NCBI GenBank assembly: GCA_002082305.1
Contig: LSNO01000003.1
Location: forward strand, 147 to 64,146
Source: SAR324 cluster bacterium SAR324-CTD7B
GTDB taxonomy: Bacteria; SAR324; NAC60-12
DNA: 64,000 nt
Direction of reading: 5' to 3'
How positions within the stretch are numbered: position 1 is the stretch's first letter; each line of letters starts with the position of its first letter. The notes beneath the pieces are model-generated. The model did not search any database. It was not told the DNA's origin and saw only the letters and a program-made list of their open reading frames with translations. The translations under genes and the position numbers were made by a program. Below are positions 45,630 through 55,354 of this stretch, piece after piece.

Positions 45630-47345
45630 ATGAAGTATATAATTAGCACCCTGCTGACCCTCGCTATAGCGGTGGGTATAGCAAGTCCCGTCCAGGCCAA
45701 ACGTGGCAGTGACGGTCAATTGAACTTGCTCTATTGGCAAGCTCCATCAACCATGAACCCCAACCTTTCCGGTGGAACCAAGGAACTGGAAGCTTCTTCG
45801 GTCGTTCTTGAGCCTTTAGGTCGCTATGATGAAAACGGTAATTTGCTTCCCTGGCTAGCAGAAGTAATACCTACAGTAGCCAACGGAGGTATATCAAAGG
45901 ACCTTACTACCATCACTTGGAAAATTAAAAAAGGCATCAAGTGGTCTGATGGATCAGCCTTGACCGCAGACGATGCAGTTTTTACTTATGAATACTGCTC
46001 CAATCCTGACACAGGTTGTACGCAATCAAATTATTGGAACGATATCAAGTCAGTAAAAGCTGTCAATAGCCGTACAGTAAAAATTGAGTTTACTGTTCCC
46101 AAGCCTTTCCCTTATGCCCCTTTTGTAGGCTACAATGCACCCATTTTGCAAAAAGCGCAGTTTGACGGTTGCCAAGGAGCAAAAGCACAGGAATGCACCG
46201 AGCAAAATTTTCATCCGATTGGAACCGGCCCTTTCAAAGTGGTGGACTTTAAGCCGAATGATGTGATTGTTTTTGAGGCCAATCCCAATTATCGGGATAC
46301 TTCCAAGCCGGCTTTCGGCAAGTTAGTTTTCAAAGGCGGCGGCGATGCTGTTTCTGCTGCCCGTGCAGTTTTGGAAACCGGTGAAATGGATTATGCCTGG
46401 AACCTGCAAGTTGAGCCGGAAATTCTGATCAAAATGGAACAGGGAGGAAGAGGTAAAGTAGTTTCGGCTTTCGGTACCTCTGTAGAACGTTTGATGGTCA
46501 ACTTTACCAACCCTGATCCATCACTTGGTGATATGCGTTCTGAATACATCGGCGGAAACAATAACCGCAATGCTCATCCTTACTTGTCGGACTACAATGT
46601 AAGGCGTGCACTTTCTTTGGCGATTGACCGCCAAGTACTCGTGGATGCAGGTTATGGTAAGGCTGGAAAGATCAGTTGTAATGTGCTGCCGGCACCTGCT
46701 ATTTATGCTTCATCGGCTAACGATGAGTGTAAAACTCCCAACGTCGCTGAAGCCAACCGCCTGCTGGATGCAGCCGGCTGGAAACGTGGTTCGGATGGAG
46801 TACGGCAGAAGGGTGGAGTCCGAATCTCGATTCTCTACCAGACCTCCACAAACTCCGTACGTCAGGCTACTCAGGCTTTCATTAAGGAAATGTGGAAACA
46901 AATCGGTGTAGAAACTGAACTGCGCAATCTAAGTGCATCCGTTTTCTTTGGTGGAGATATCAGTAGTCCTGACACTTACCAGAAGTTTTTCACGGACATA
47001 GAGATGTACACCAACAACTTCAGTGGGACGGATCCGCAAACCTACATGTCCAACTGGACTTGTAAGGAAATGGCTCAAAAACGCAACAAGTGGGGCGGAA
47101 ACAATATGCCTCGCTGGTGCAGTCCAGCTTATGATGCCCTCTCTGCTAAAATGTCAATCTCGTCAGCCATGAAAGATCGTATTCGTCTTACGAAAGAGAT
47201 GAATGATATGTTGATGCAGGATTATGCGATGATTCCGCTAATCCATCGGGGTAATGTTTCAGCTCATTCTAATACGCTTTCCGGGGTTCGTATGAATCCA
47301 TGGGACTCAGAACTGTGGAATATTGCAGACTGGACTCGTAAGTAA
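45630..47345 (+). CDS. ABC transporter substrate-binding protein, family 5 (peptide/nickel/opine type)
   Basis: The ATG at 45630 has an SD (aaggtg) and a signal peptide (MKYIISTLLTLAIAVGIASPVQA). Size and blocks (LEPLGRYDENG..., GTGPFKVVDFKPND) fit SBP_bac_5. Confidence 0.88.
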   Translation: MKYIISTLLTLAIAVGIASPVQAKRGSDGQLNLLYWQAPSTMNPNLSGGTKELEASSVVLEPLGRYDENGNLLPWLAEVIPTVANGGISKDLTTITWKIKKGIKWSDGSALTADDAVFTYEYCSNPDTGCTQSNYWNDIKSVKAVNSRTVKIEFTVPKPFPYAPFVGYNAPILQKAQFDGCQGAKAQECTEQNFHPIGTGPFKVVDFKPNDVIVFEANPNYRDTSKPAFGKLVFKGGGDAVSAARAVLETGEMDYAWNLQVEPEILIKMEQGGRGKVVSAFGTSVERLMVNFTNPDPSLGDMRSEYIGGNNNRNAHPYLSDYNVRRALSLAIDRQVLVDAGYGKAGKISCNVLPAPAIYASSANDECKTPNVAEANRLLDAAGWKRGSDGVRQKGGVRISILYQTSTNSVRQATQAFIKEMWKQIGVETELRNLSASVFFGGDISSPDTYQKFFTDIEMYTNNFSGTDPQTYMSNWTCKEMAQKRNKWGGNNMPRWCSPAYDALSAKMSISSAMKDRIRLTKEMNDMLMQDYAMIPLIHRGNVSAHSNTLSGVRMNPWDSELWNIADWTRK

Positions 47346-47367
47346 TTCGAGTTTTAGCAAGCAATTT

Positions 47368-47404
47368 GCGGTTTGTAGATATTCTTTCTGCAAACCGCTT
47401 TTTT
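47368..47404 (+). terminator. Rho-independent terminator/attenuator between the binding-protein gene and the permease genes
   Basis: gcggtttgtaga (47368-47379) pairs with tctgcaaaccgc (47387-47398), followed by TTTTTT (47399-47404). Confidence 0.8.
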
Positions 47405-47426
47405 CCATCTTCAAGGCTTTCAAACT

Positions 47427-48440
47427 GTGATTCATTACATCTTCCGCCGCACATTGATTGCCATTCCGACCTTATTGGTAATCAGTTTCATCATTTTCGC
47501 CATCCTCGATTTAGCTCCGAACGATCCTACCGGAAATTTGCCGATGACGGTTCCTCCGGAAGTAAGGGCTAAAATCCGGAGTTCTCTTGGACTGGACGAA
47601 CCAATGCACATTCGCTTTGGTCTATGGTTGGTGCAATTTTGTGTCAATGAACCCTTGAATTTACTGCATGAAGGTTTCGGCATCAGTATTGGCGATGCAG
47701 AAAACCGTACCCGAATTCTTTCCTGGGCAACACGCAGTCCGGTGGTGGATCTAATTATTCAACGCACTCCGCAAACACTCTGGGTAGTTGGGCTTTCTTA
47801 CCTCTTTGGAATCCTGATTGCGATTCCGATTGGTATTGTTTCTGCCTACAGACAATATTCCTGGTTTGATCAGGTTGGAACATTTATTTCAATGGTAGGT
47901 TTTTCTGTGCCGACTTTTTTTACCGGTATGGTCGCAATCATAATTTTCAGTGTCCAGTTAAGGTGGTTCCCCATGATTTACGACACGACTTTGGTGGTGG
48001 ATAGTTGGCAGAACTTTGTTTCACAAGTCAAACAAATGATTATGCCGGTGGCAGTACTTGCGCTCTACAATGCCTCTCAATTGAGCCGTTTCATGCGGGC
48101 ATCAATTCTCGACAATCTAAACCTGGATTATGTACGGACAGCGAGGGCGAAAGGCCGTTCAGAACGCGCAGTACTGCTGATTCACGTCTTGCGAAACAGT
48201 TTGATTCCAGTTGTAACCCTGATTGCTTTGGGAATTCCAACAATTTTCAGCGGAGCAATCATTACCGAACAAATATTCCGCGTAAACGGCCTGGGTCAAC
48301 TCTTAATCATTGCCATTGAAGGAGCGGACATTCCTCTTGTGCAGACACTGACTTTTATTTTTGCCGTCCTGATTGTCTTTTTCAACCTGATTGCCGACGT
48401 GGTTTACGGTATTCTTGATCCTAGAATTCGCTATGACTGA
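47427..48440 (+). CDS. ABC peptide transporter permease (OppB/DppB type)
   Basis: N-terminus MIHYIFRRTLIAIPTLLVISFIIFAILDLAPNDP. EAA-loop region YVRTARAKGRSERAVLLIHVLRNSLIPVVT. GTG start. Confidence 0.9.
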   Translation: MIHYIFRRTLIAIPTLLVISFIIFAILDLAPNDPTGNLPMTVPPEVRAKIRSSLGLDEPMHIRFGLWLVQFCVNEPLNLLHEGFGISIGDAENRTRILSWATRSPVVDLIIQRTPQTLWVVGLSYLFGILIAIPIGIVSAYRQYSWFDQVGTFISMVGFSVPTFFTGMVAIIIFSVQLRWFPMIYDTTLVVDSWQNFVSQVKQMIMPVAVLALYNASQLSRFMRASILDNLNLDYVRTARAKGRSERAVLLIHVLRNSLIPVVTLIALGIPTIFSGAIITEQIFRVNGLGQLLIIAIEGADIPLVQTLTFIFAVLIVFFNLIADVVYGILDPRIRYD

Positions 48441-49386
48441 AAACACGCAATCCACAGAAATAGCGGGAGACGAGCGTTTTCCCGAAGAAGAACTTGAAAC
48501 ACTCACTCAGCACCGTTCTCTCTGGGGAGATGTTTGGCGACAGTTCCGGAAACACAAAGGTGCCATGGCCGGTGTTATTGTCTTCATTTTTATCACACTC
48601 GCTGTTTCACTCGGTCCGCTTATTCAAGGAATTGAACCCAGTGCCATCAATTTTAGTGAAAGAAATTTTGCCCCAACTTTAGCCCATCCACTGGGTACGG
48701 ACAATATTGGTCACGATACACTGGCGCAAATGCTGGCAGGCGGCCAAGTTTCGTTAGCGGTAGGATTTTCAGCAATGTTGATTGCACTGCTTTTGGGAAC
48801 ACTGATCGGAGTATTGGCTGGATTCATCAAATCGTTGGACGGCCCTTTGATGCGCTTGACTGATTTATTTCTCGCACTGCCAATTTTACCCCTTTTACTG
48901 GTAATTATTTTACTATTCCGCGATACTTTGCGCACACTTTATGGTCCGGAAGCTGGAATATTTATGCTGATTGTTTTCGTCATTGGCATCACCAGTTGGA
49001 TGCACACGGCCCGAATTGTGAGAAGTGATGTTTTGGGCATCAAGGAGCGGGAATTTGTAATTGCTGCACACAGCATAGGGACCAGGAAAAGACGCATAAT
49101 ATTCCGCCATATTCTCCCAAACATTCTCAGTCCGATCATGGTTTCCGCAACACTTGGTATAGCCAACGCTATTATTACAGAATCAGCCTTATCTTTTCTA
49201 GGACTTGGATTCCCACCGGATTTCCCAACTTGGGGGAGATTACTTTATGACGGAGCAAATTTTATCCAGATCACTCCTGCACGTGTGATTTGGCCTGGAC
49301 TCTTTATCGCACTGACCGTCCTCAGTGTTAACTATATAGGTGATGGGCTAAGAGATGCACTTGATCCCCGCTTACGAGGACGATAA
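48433..49386 (+). CDS. ABC peptide transporter permease (OppC/DppC type)
   Basis: The ATG at 48433 overlaps the oppB-like stop (ATGACTGA). Blocks: LGTDNIGHDTLAQML and EFVIAAHSIGTRKRRIIFRHILPNILSPIMV. Confidence 0.9.
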   Translation: MTENTQSTEIAGDERFPEEELETLTQHRSLWGDVWRQFRKHKGAMAGVIVFIFITLAVSLGPLIQGIEPSAINFSERNFAPTLAHPLGTDNIGHDTLAQMLAGGQVSLAVGFSAMLIALLLGTLIGVLAGFIKSLDGPLMRLTDLFLALPILPLLLVIILLFRDTLRTLYGPEAGIFMLIVFVIGITSWMHTARIVRSDVLGIKEREFVIAAHSIGTRKRRIIFRHILPNILSPIMVSATLGIANAIITESALSFLGLGFPPDFPTWGRLLYDGANFIQITPARVIWPGLFIALTVLSVNYIGDGLRDALDPRLRGR

Positions 49387-49472
49387 CAAGTTCCCTGCTA
49401 GTCTCAGCACAGCAGCTTGCAGAAAAAATTATTGAATTAGACAATTGTTAAATTTTATGATCCAGGTTTATT

Positions 49473-52400
49473 ATGACAACGACTTTATCTTCTAAAGAAA
49501 TCCAACATCTGAACACCCTCCGTTGGCGCTGTATAGGTCCCCCTCGCGGAGGACGTGTGGTAGCGGTGGCAGGTGACCCGGATAATTCACAGGTCTTTTA
49601 TTTTGGCGCGGCGGCAGGCGGTATTTGGAAAACTGAAGACGGTGGAACATACTGGGAGAATGTTTCCGATGGTTTTTTGGAGAGTGCTGCGGTCGGTGCT
49701 TTGACGGTAGCTCCTTCTGATCCAAATGTGATTTATGCCGGAATGGGTGAATCGACAATCCGGGGTGATGTTTCTTTTGGCGATGGTGTCTATAAATCTA
49801 CCGATGCCGGAAAAACCTGGAAAAATGTTGGACTTAAAAAAACCAGGCATATTGGTGAAATTCGAGTTCATCCGCAAAATCCGGATTGGGTTTATGTGGC
49901 GGCTTTCGGTGATGCCTTCGGCTCCAACAAAGAAGCGAGCCTTACACGAGGAGTTTTCCGCTCCAAAGACGGCGGCCAAAAATGGGAACAAATTCTTTTT
50001 CGGAGTGAAAAAGCCGGTGCAATTGATCTCAGTCTCGATCCAAATAATCCACGCATTATTTATGCTTCATTTTGGGAAGCCTACCGCAATTTCTGGAGCC
50101 TCAACAGCGGTGGGCCGGACAGCAGCCTGTACCGTTCAACCGACGGCGGTGATTCCTGGACAGACATCAGTGACAATCCAGGACTCCCCAAAGGCACAAA
50201 AGGCAAAATCGGCGTGTCCGTATCACCGGCACAAAGCGGACGTATCTGGGCCATTATCGAAGCAGAAGAGGCAGGATTATACCGCTCAGACAACGGCGGA
50301 GAAAGCTGGATTAAAACTTCCGGAAACCGGGATTTGATTCACCGTCCCTGGTATTACTGCCACGTTTTCGCAGATCCAAAACACGCTGATACGGTTTATA
50401 TCACCAATTTGAAAATGTGGAAATCGACAGACGGCGGTACTAATTTCAGCGAAATTACCACTCCGCACGGAGACAATCACGACCTTTGGATTGACCCTGA
50501 AAATCCGCAGCGTATGGTGCAGGGCAATGACGGTGGAGGTTGTGTTTCGTACAACGGCGGAAAAACATGGTCCACTATATACAACCAGTTTACCGCTCAG
50601 TTTTACCGAATTGACACCGACAATCAATTCCCGTATCGCGTCTATGCCACTCAACAGGACAACACCAGCATCAGCGTTCCGAGTGCCAGCGCATACGGAG
50701 CAATCACGCTTCAGGAATGCACTTTGCCGGGAACTGGAGAAAGCGGCTTTATTGTGGTCAAACCGGATGATCCGGACATTGTTTATATCGGAGCAGTCGG
50801 TAGCTCTCCCGGCGGCGAAGGGCAATTGCAACATTACAATCACCGTACCAGACAATTACGTCTCATCAATGTTTGGCCCGAGGAACAATTTGGTTGGGCA
50901 CCGAAAGATTTGAAATATCGCTTTCAGTGGACGTTCCCGATTGCTTTTTCTCCCCATGATTTTGGAACCGTTTATGCTTGCGGAAATCATGTTTTCCGGA
51001 CAAACGATGAAGGCCACAGTTGGGAAAAAATAAGTCCTGATTTGACCCGTGCAGACGAAAGCAAACTAGGTCTTTCTGGTGGTTTGACCGTTGACAGCAG
51101 TGGTGCGGAACATTATGGAACTATTTCTATTTTTGTTGAGTCACCACATGAAGCCGGAGTTTTCTGGACAGGGAGTGATGACGGCCTTGTCCACACTTCA
51201 CGGGACGGTGGAAAAACCTGGCAAAACATTACGCCGCCCGATCTTCCGGAATGGGGTTATATTTTTTGCATCGAAGTTTCCGTACACGATCCAGACACAA
51301 TCTATCTTTCCGCCACGCGTTACAAATTAAACGATTACCGTCCTTTCCTTTACAAATCCATTGACGGCGGCAAGAGTTGGAACAGTATCAACGGAGATTA
51401 TCCGCAAAGCGAACCTTACACAGAAATCAGCCGAGTCATCCGGGAAGACCCTGTTTGTCCGGGATTGTTGTTTGTCGGTTCTGAAACAGGAATTTTTATG
51501 AGCGTCAATGACGGAAAAAACTGGCAAAAACTTCAGGGAAATTTTCCGGTGGTTCCAGTTTACGATATGAAAATTAAGCAGGATGATTTGGTGGTTGGAA
51601 CACACGGGCGGTCATTCTGGATACTGGACGATTTGACACCACTTAGGGAATTAGCCGGGCAATCTTCCGGAACCGAAACAGAAATCTCCGGTATCCGTTT
51701 TTTCCCGCCACGCACCACGTACCGCCGCACCTTAAACTGGAGCGTCAATCTTTATCTGGGAGACGGCAAAAACTACAGCCCGGATTTTGGTTTGCCTGGT
51801 ACTCATTATCAGGAAACTACACCGGACGGCGAAAAACGTTTCCGTCATTTGGATATGGGAGAGAATCCTCCGGAAGGCGTGATTGTGAATTATTTTATAG
51901 AATCAGAAGCGAACCTTACACCGGAAAAACCTTTGGAGTTGATTGTTCTCGATGCAAACGGTGCTGAAATAGAGCGCTTCAGCACTAAAAAAACTGACGA
52001 GAAGTCGGATAAAAGTGAAAGCGAAGAAAGCGAGCCTTCCGACGAAAAACCATCTTTGACTGCAAAAGTTGGTTTCAATCGTTTTGTCTGGAATATGCAC
52101 TATCCCGGTCCTGAAGTCAAAATTGATAAATCACTTGAAGAAGCGGGTTACAAACCCTTAGGACGAGGTGAAGCCGGACCCGGAGGCGGGCCGATTGCTC
52201 CACCTGGAAGTTATCAGGTTTGTTTGAAATCAGGTGAAAACGAAATCAGGCATTCCTTTGAAATTGTCAAAGATCCACGCCTGAATACATCTCCGGAGGA
52301 TTTTTCAGCACAATTTGAATTGTGGTTTAAAATCAGGAATAGAGTCTCTGACGTGAATTCCGCCATCAATCGCATCCGGAGAATTAAGCTTCAAATTACG

Positions 52401-52766
52401 GAGTTGCTGGCGCGAGAAAATTTTAACAATTCTGCTGAAGAAAAAAGTTTTGGAGAAATTCAAAAAGCAGCGGAAGCGTTGCGGGAAAAGTTCAACACGC
52501 TTGAAAACGAATTGACGCAAAATCAATACGAAACACCGTCTGACCGGCTTCGTCATCCAACAATGCTTAAACAACGCATGGAGGCTTTAGTCAGCGTGGT
52601 CGCGGTGGCAGATGCCGCTCCTCCGCAACAGGCTTATTCCGTTTTTGAACACCTGAGCGCACTGATTGACCAGCGGCTCGCAGAGTTGAGTGAGCTCGAA
52701 AAACAAGAAGTGGTACGGCTCAATCAACAAATTGATCAAGCAGGAATCCGGAAGTTGCAGGGATAG
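49473..52766 (+). CDS. Large BNR/Asp-box repeat beta-propeller protein (sortilin/VPS10-like or GH74-like), no obvious signal peptide
   Basis: 1097 aa with about 11 Asp-box motifs (TEDGGTYW, STDAGKTW, SKDGGQKW, STDGGDSW, SDNGGESW, STDGGTNF, YNGGKTW, NDEGHSW, SRDGGKTW, SIDGGKSW, NDGKNW). Acidic S/E/K-rich insert and a helical C-terminus. Confidence 0.8.
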   Translation: MTTTLSSKEIQHLNTLRWRCIGPPRGGRVVAVAGDPDNSQVFYFGAAAGGIWKTEDGGTYWENVSDGFLESAAVGALTVAPSDPNVIYAGMGESTIRGDVSFGDGVYKSTDAGKTWKNVGLKKTRHIGEIRVHPQNPDWVYVAAFGDAFGSNKEASLTRGVFRSKDGGQKWEQILFRSEKAGAIDLSLDPNNPRIIYASFWEAYRNFWSLNSGGPDSSLYRSTDGGDSWTDISDNPGLPKGTKGKIGVSVSPAQSGRIWAIIEAEEAGLYRSDNGGESWIKTSGNRDLIHRPWYYCHVFADPKHADTVYITNLKMWKSTDGGTNFSEITTPHGDNHDLWIDPENPQRMVQGNDGGGCVSYNGGKTWSTIYNQFTAQFYRIDTDNQFPYRVYATQQDNTSISVPSASAYGAITLQECTLPGTGESGFIVVKPDDPDIVYIGAVGSSPGGEGQLQHYNHRTRQLRLINVWPEEQFGWAPKDLKYRFQWTFPIAFSPHDFGTVYACGNHVFRTNDEGHSWEKISPDLTRADESKLGLSGGLTVDSSGAEHYGTISIFVESPHEAGVFWTGSDDGLVHTSRDGGKTWQNITPPDLPEWGYIFCIEVSVHDPDTIYLSATRYKLNDYRPFLYKSIDGGKSWNSINGDYPQSEPYTEISRVIREDPVCPGLLFVGSETGIFMSVNDGKNWQKLQGNFPVVPVYDMKIKQDDLVVGTHGRSFWILDDLTPLRELAGQSSGTETEISGIRFFPPRTTYRRTLNWSVNLYLGDGKNYSPDFGLPGTHYQETTPDGEKRFRHLDMGENPPEGVIVNYFIESEANLTPEKPLELIVLDANGAEIERFSTKKTDEKSDKSESEESEPSDEKPSLTAKVGFNRFVWNMHYPGPEVKIDKSLEEAGYKPLGRGEAGPGGGPIAPPGSYQVCLKSGENEIRHSFEIVKDPRLNTSPEDFSAQFELWFKIRNRVSDVNSAINRIRRIKLQITELLARENFNNSAEEKSFGEIQKAAEALREKFNTLENELTQNQYETPSDRLRHPTMLKQRMEALVSVVAVADAAPPQQAYSVFEHLSALIDQRLAELSELEKQEVVRLNQQIDQAGIRKLQG

Positions 52767-52767
52767 G

Positions 52768-53994
52768 ATGCATAGAGTTCCGGTATTGTTCAAAATTACT
52801 GCGGCAGATTTCATGGTACGCACTGCCTATCAAATGGGTAAAACACCTCTTCTGCCAATCTTTGCCGCCGGTTTGGGTGCAAATGCTACCTTTTTGGGAC
52901 TGATAGTTTCGGTTTCCACTTTGACCGGAATGTTGCTCAAACCAATCTTCGGCCTTTTGTCCGACCGCTGGGGGCGCTGGATTTGGCTTTTAGTGGGAAC
53001 ACTCCTGTTTATCGGAATTCCGTTCCTTTACCAGCTAATACATACTCCGGAAGAATTATTGTTTTTGCGCCTTGTACATGGTTTGGCCACTGCCATTTAT
53101 GGACCGGTCACCGTGGCCTGGGTCATGGAACAGGGACAGAAATCCGGAAGCTCTGCCGACAACTGCGCAGAACTTCTGGGTTGGTTCAGTATGGCACGTA
53201 ATGGGGGTTACCTGCTTGGTCCTACGATCGCTGCCGCATTACTGACGGTAATTGAACCTGCCACAGTCTTTACGGTAATTGGACTAATGAGTTCCTGCGC
53301 TTTACTGCCTGTGCTTTTGCTCAAAAAATTTAACAGTCCAAAAATTCCTTCCCATTCCTGGCGGCAACAAACTGCAGATGCTTTCCGGGCGGGATTTCAG
53401 ACTCCGGAACTTTGGTTGGCAGGAAGTCTGGAATGTGTCGTTTATCTTGGTTTTTATGCCGCTAAAACCTTCTTGCCGTTGTATGCACTGGAAAGCGGAA
53501 TTCCGATTTTGTGGGTCGGACTGTTCTTTTCTGTACAAGAATTGACTCATCTTTTGGCACGTCCGTTTGGAGGCCGTTTGAGTGACCGTAAAGGCTATTT
53601 ACCAGTCGTTTCTTGCGGAATGCTGCTGGCGGCTTTTTCTTTGGGTTTGCTGCCCTTGGCAAACACGCCTTCGTTTTTACTCCTGCTTGCGCTTGGTTTT
53701 GGCCTGGCACAGGCCCTTATATTCCCTGCGACCCTGGCACTCTTCGCACAACAAATGGATGTCCGTCACACCGGAGCAGGCGCAGGACTGATTGGTGCGT
53801 TTAAAAATTTTGGTAAAATCGCAGGGCCTATACTTGGGGGATGGCTGATCTTTTGGCAGGATTATTCATGGATGCTCTGGAGCATGGCAGCCTTACTGGT
53901 TGTTTGGAGCTGTGGATTGTTACTGAGAGCATTTAATAAAAAATCATTAATTCATAAAAGCGAGTACGGAGAAGCTATTTCAGTTCATACGTAA
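52768..53994 (+). CDS. MFS transporter
   Basis: About 12 hydrophobic segments. MFS-type loop LLSDRWGRW. The ATG at 52768 lies 1 nt after the upstream stop; the longer 52690 start would overlap the previous gene. Confidence 0.8.
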   Translation: MHRVPVLFKITAADFMVRTAYQMGKTPLLPIFAAGLGANATFLGLIVSVSTLTGMLLKPIFGLLSDRWGRWIWLLVGTLLFIGIPFLYQLIHTPEELLFLRLVHGLATAIYGPVTVAWVMEQGQKSGSSADNCAELLGWFSMARNGGYLLGPTIAAALLTVIEPATVFTVIGLMSSCALLPVLLLKKFNSPKIPSHSWRQQTADAFRAGFQTPELWLAGSLECVVYLGFYAAKTFLPLYALESGIPILWVGLFFSVQELTHLLARPFGGRLSDRKGYLPVVSCGMLLAAFSLGLLPLANTPSFLLLLALGFGLAQALIFPATLALFAQQMDVRHTGAGAGLIGAFKNFGKIAGPILGGWLIFWQDYSWMLWSMAALLVVWSCGLLLRAFNKKSLIHKSEYGEAISVHT

Positions 53995-54142
53995 ACAGCC
54001 TCCATTAAGTAAAATCAAGTTCCCTGAACCGCAATCTGCACCATCCTGCTCACAAGTGTCTTGCCATAATAATGAAGAAAAGCGTACCATGGAAGCTACG
54101 TTTTTAATAGAAAATAACTGAAAAACAGAAATTAGAATAGTA

Positions 54143-55321
54143 ATGACAACTTTATATTCAGGTGGATTAGTCTTTGACGGAAAAGGTAATCTGCAGGAGA
54201 ATCAAGGTGTTTTAGTTGATGATCAAAAGATTTCCAAAGTTGCACCTTGTGGAGAATTTGAGGGCTTTAGTGGCGACAAGGTAGACACATCAGGTGGGAC
54301 TTTGCTGCCGGGATTAATCGATTGTCATGTCCATCTTGTCTATTGCGGGGAAGCGGATCCAAAGTCACGTTTGTTGAATTTAAAACCGGGGCAAATTGTA
54401 ATGAACGCTTTCGAAAATGCCCAAAAAACCTTGCGTAGCGGAGTTACTTCAATCAGGGATTTAGGAGGTCGGGATTATCTGGAGTTTGCCGTTAGAGATG
54501 CATGTAATTCCGGACGTCAACTCGGACCTACTATCAAGGCAGCAGGCCGAATGATTTGCATGACAGGAGGACACGGGAATGTTTTTGGCCGTATTGCGGA
54601 TGGACCTGATGAAGTATTGAAAGCAGTACGAGAGCAAATTCATGCCGGTTCAGATGTAATAAAATTGATGGCTACCGGGGGCGTGATGACGCCAGGAGTA
54701 AACCCGGAAGATGCGCATTACACTGAAGAGGAGTTGCGTGTTGGAGTCGATGAGGGGCATCGGTTTCACCGTACCTGTGCCAGTCATGCACAGGGTGCAG
54801 CCGGAATATTAAATGCGGTACGTGCCGGAATGGACTCAATTGAACACGGTATTTTCATGACGCAGGAATGCCTGGAAGCCATGTTGGAAAAAGGCACCTA
54901 TCTAGTTCCTACACTAGCTGCAGTCAACAATATTTACATCAATCGGGACAACGGAATTCCGGATTTTATTGTAGAAAAAACAATTCGTGTACGGGAACGA
55001 CATCATCAGTCGATAAAAATGTTTTATGAGGCCGGAGGCAAAATAGCGATGGGAACAGATGCCGGAACTCCTTTTAATGTACATGGTGACAACAGTCAAG
55101 AACTGCAGTTTATGGTTGATCTGGGAATATCTAACTCTGATGCATTAAGTTTTTCCACAGCAGACGCTGCCGATTTGATGGGTTTGGCTGATCGAGGTCA
55201 GATTAGTGAAGGATATATTGCTGATCTGCTGATTGTTTCCGGAAATCCGGTGGAAGATATTTCTGTGGTTGCAAACCAGAAAAATCATCGCAGTGTCATT
55301 AAAAATGGCGCAATAGTCTAA
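54143..55321 (+). CDS. Metal-dependent amidohydrolase (COG1228-like, imidazolonepropionase/Xaa-Pro-dipeptidase-related)
   Basis: LLPGLIDCHVHL (HxH metal site), ...VIKLMATGG..., ...ASHAQG..., ...MGTDAG.... This is the amidohydrolase_1 pattern. Confidence 0.85.
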   Translation: MTTLYSGGLVFDGKGNLQENQGVLVDDQKISKVAPCGEFEGFSGDKVDTSGGTLLPGLIDCHVHLVYCGEADPKSRLLNLKPGQIVMNAFENAQKTLRSGVTSIRDLGGRDYLEFAVRDACNSGRQLGPTIKAAGRMICMTGGHGNVFGRIADGPDEVLKAVREQIHAGSDVIKLMATGGVMTPGVNPEDAHYTEEELRVGVDEGHRFHRTCASHAQGAAGILNAVRAGMDSIEHGIFMTQECLEAMLEKGTYLVPTLAAVNNIYINRDNGIPDFIVEKTIRVRERHHQSIKMFYEAGGKIAMGTDAGTPFNVHGDNSQELQFMVDLGISNSDALSFSTADAADLMGLADRGQISEGYIADLLIVSGNPVEDISVVANQKNHRSVIKNGAIV

Positions 55322-55354
55322 TCATGAAAAACCTGTAAAAAGTTTTAAAATCGT

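Noticed and set aside
45449-45646. 65-aa ORF in the leader of the binding-protein gene.
   Set aside because: It starts inside the -10 hexamer, has no SD, and overlaps the real start and signal peptide of the SBP gene in another frame.
52690-52767. Longer N-terminal extension of the MFS transporter starting at 52690.
   Set aside because: It would overlap the last 77 nt of the BNR gene in another frame. The ATG at 52768 directly follows the upstream stop and precedes the first TM segment.
49492-52823. Numerous alternative-frame and antisense ORFs within the BNR-protein gene (for example 50286..50855 at 189 aa and 49735..50337 at 200 aa).
   Set aside because: Higher local GC reduces stop-codon frequency. 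Their translations are Arg/Ser/Cys-rich with no motifs, while the annotated frame carries about 11 Asp-boxes.
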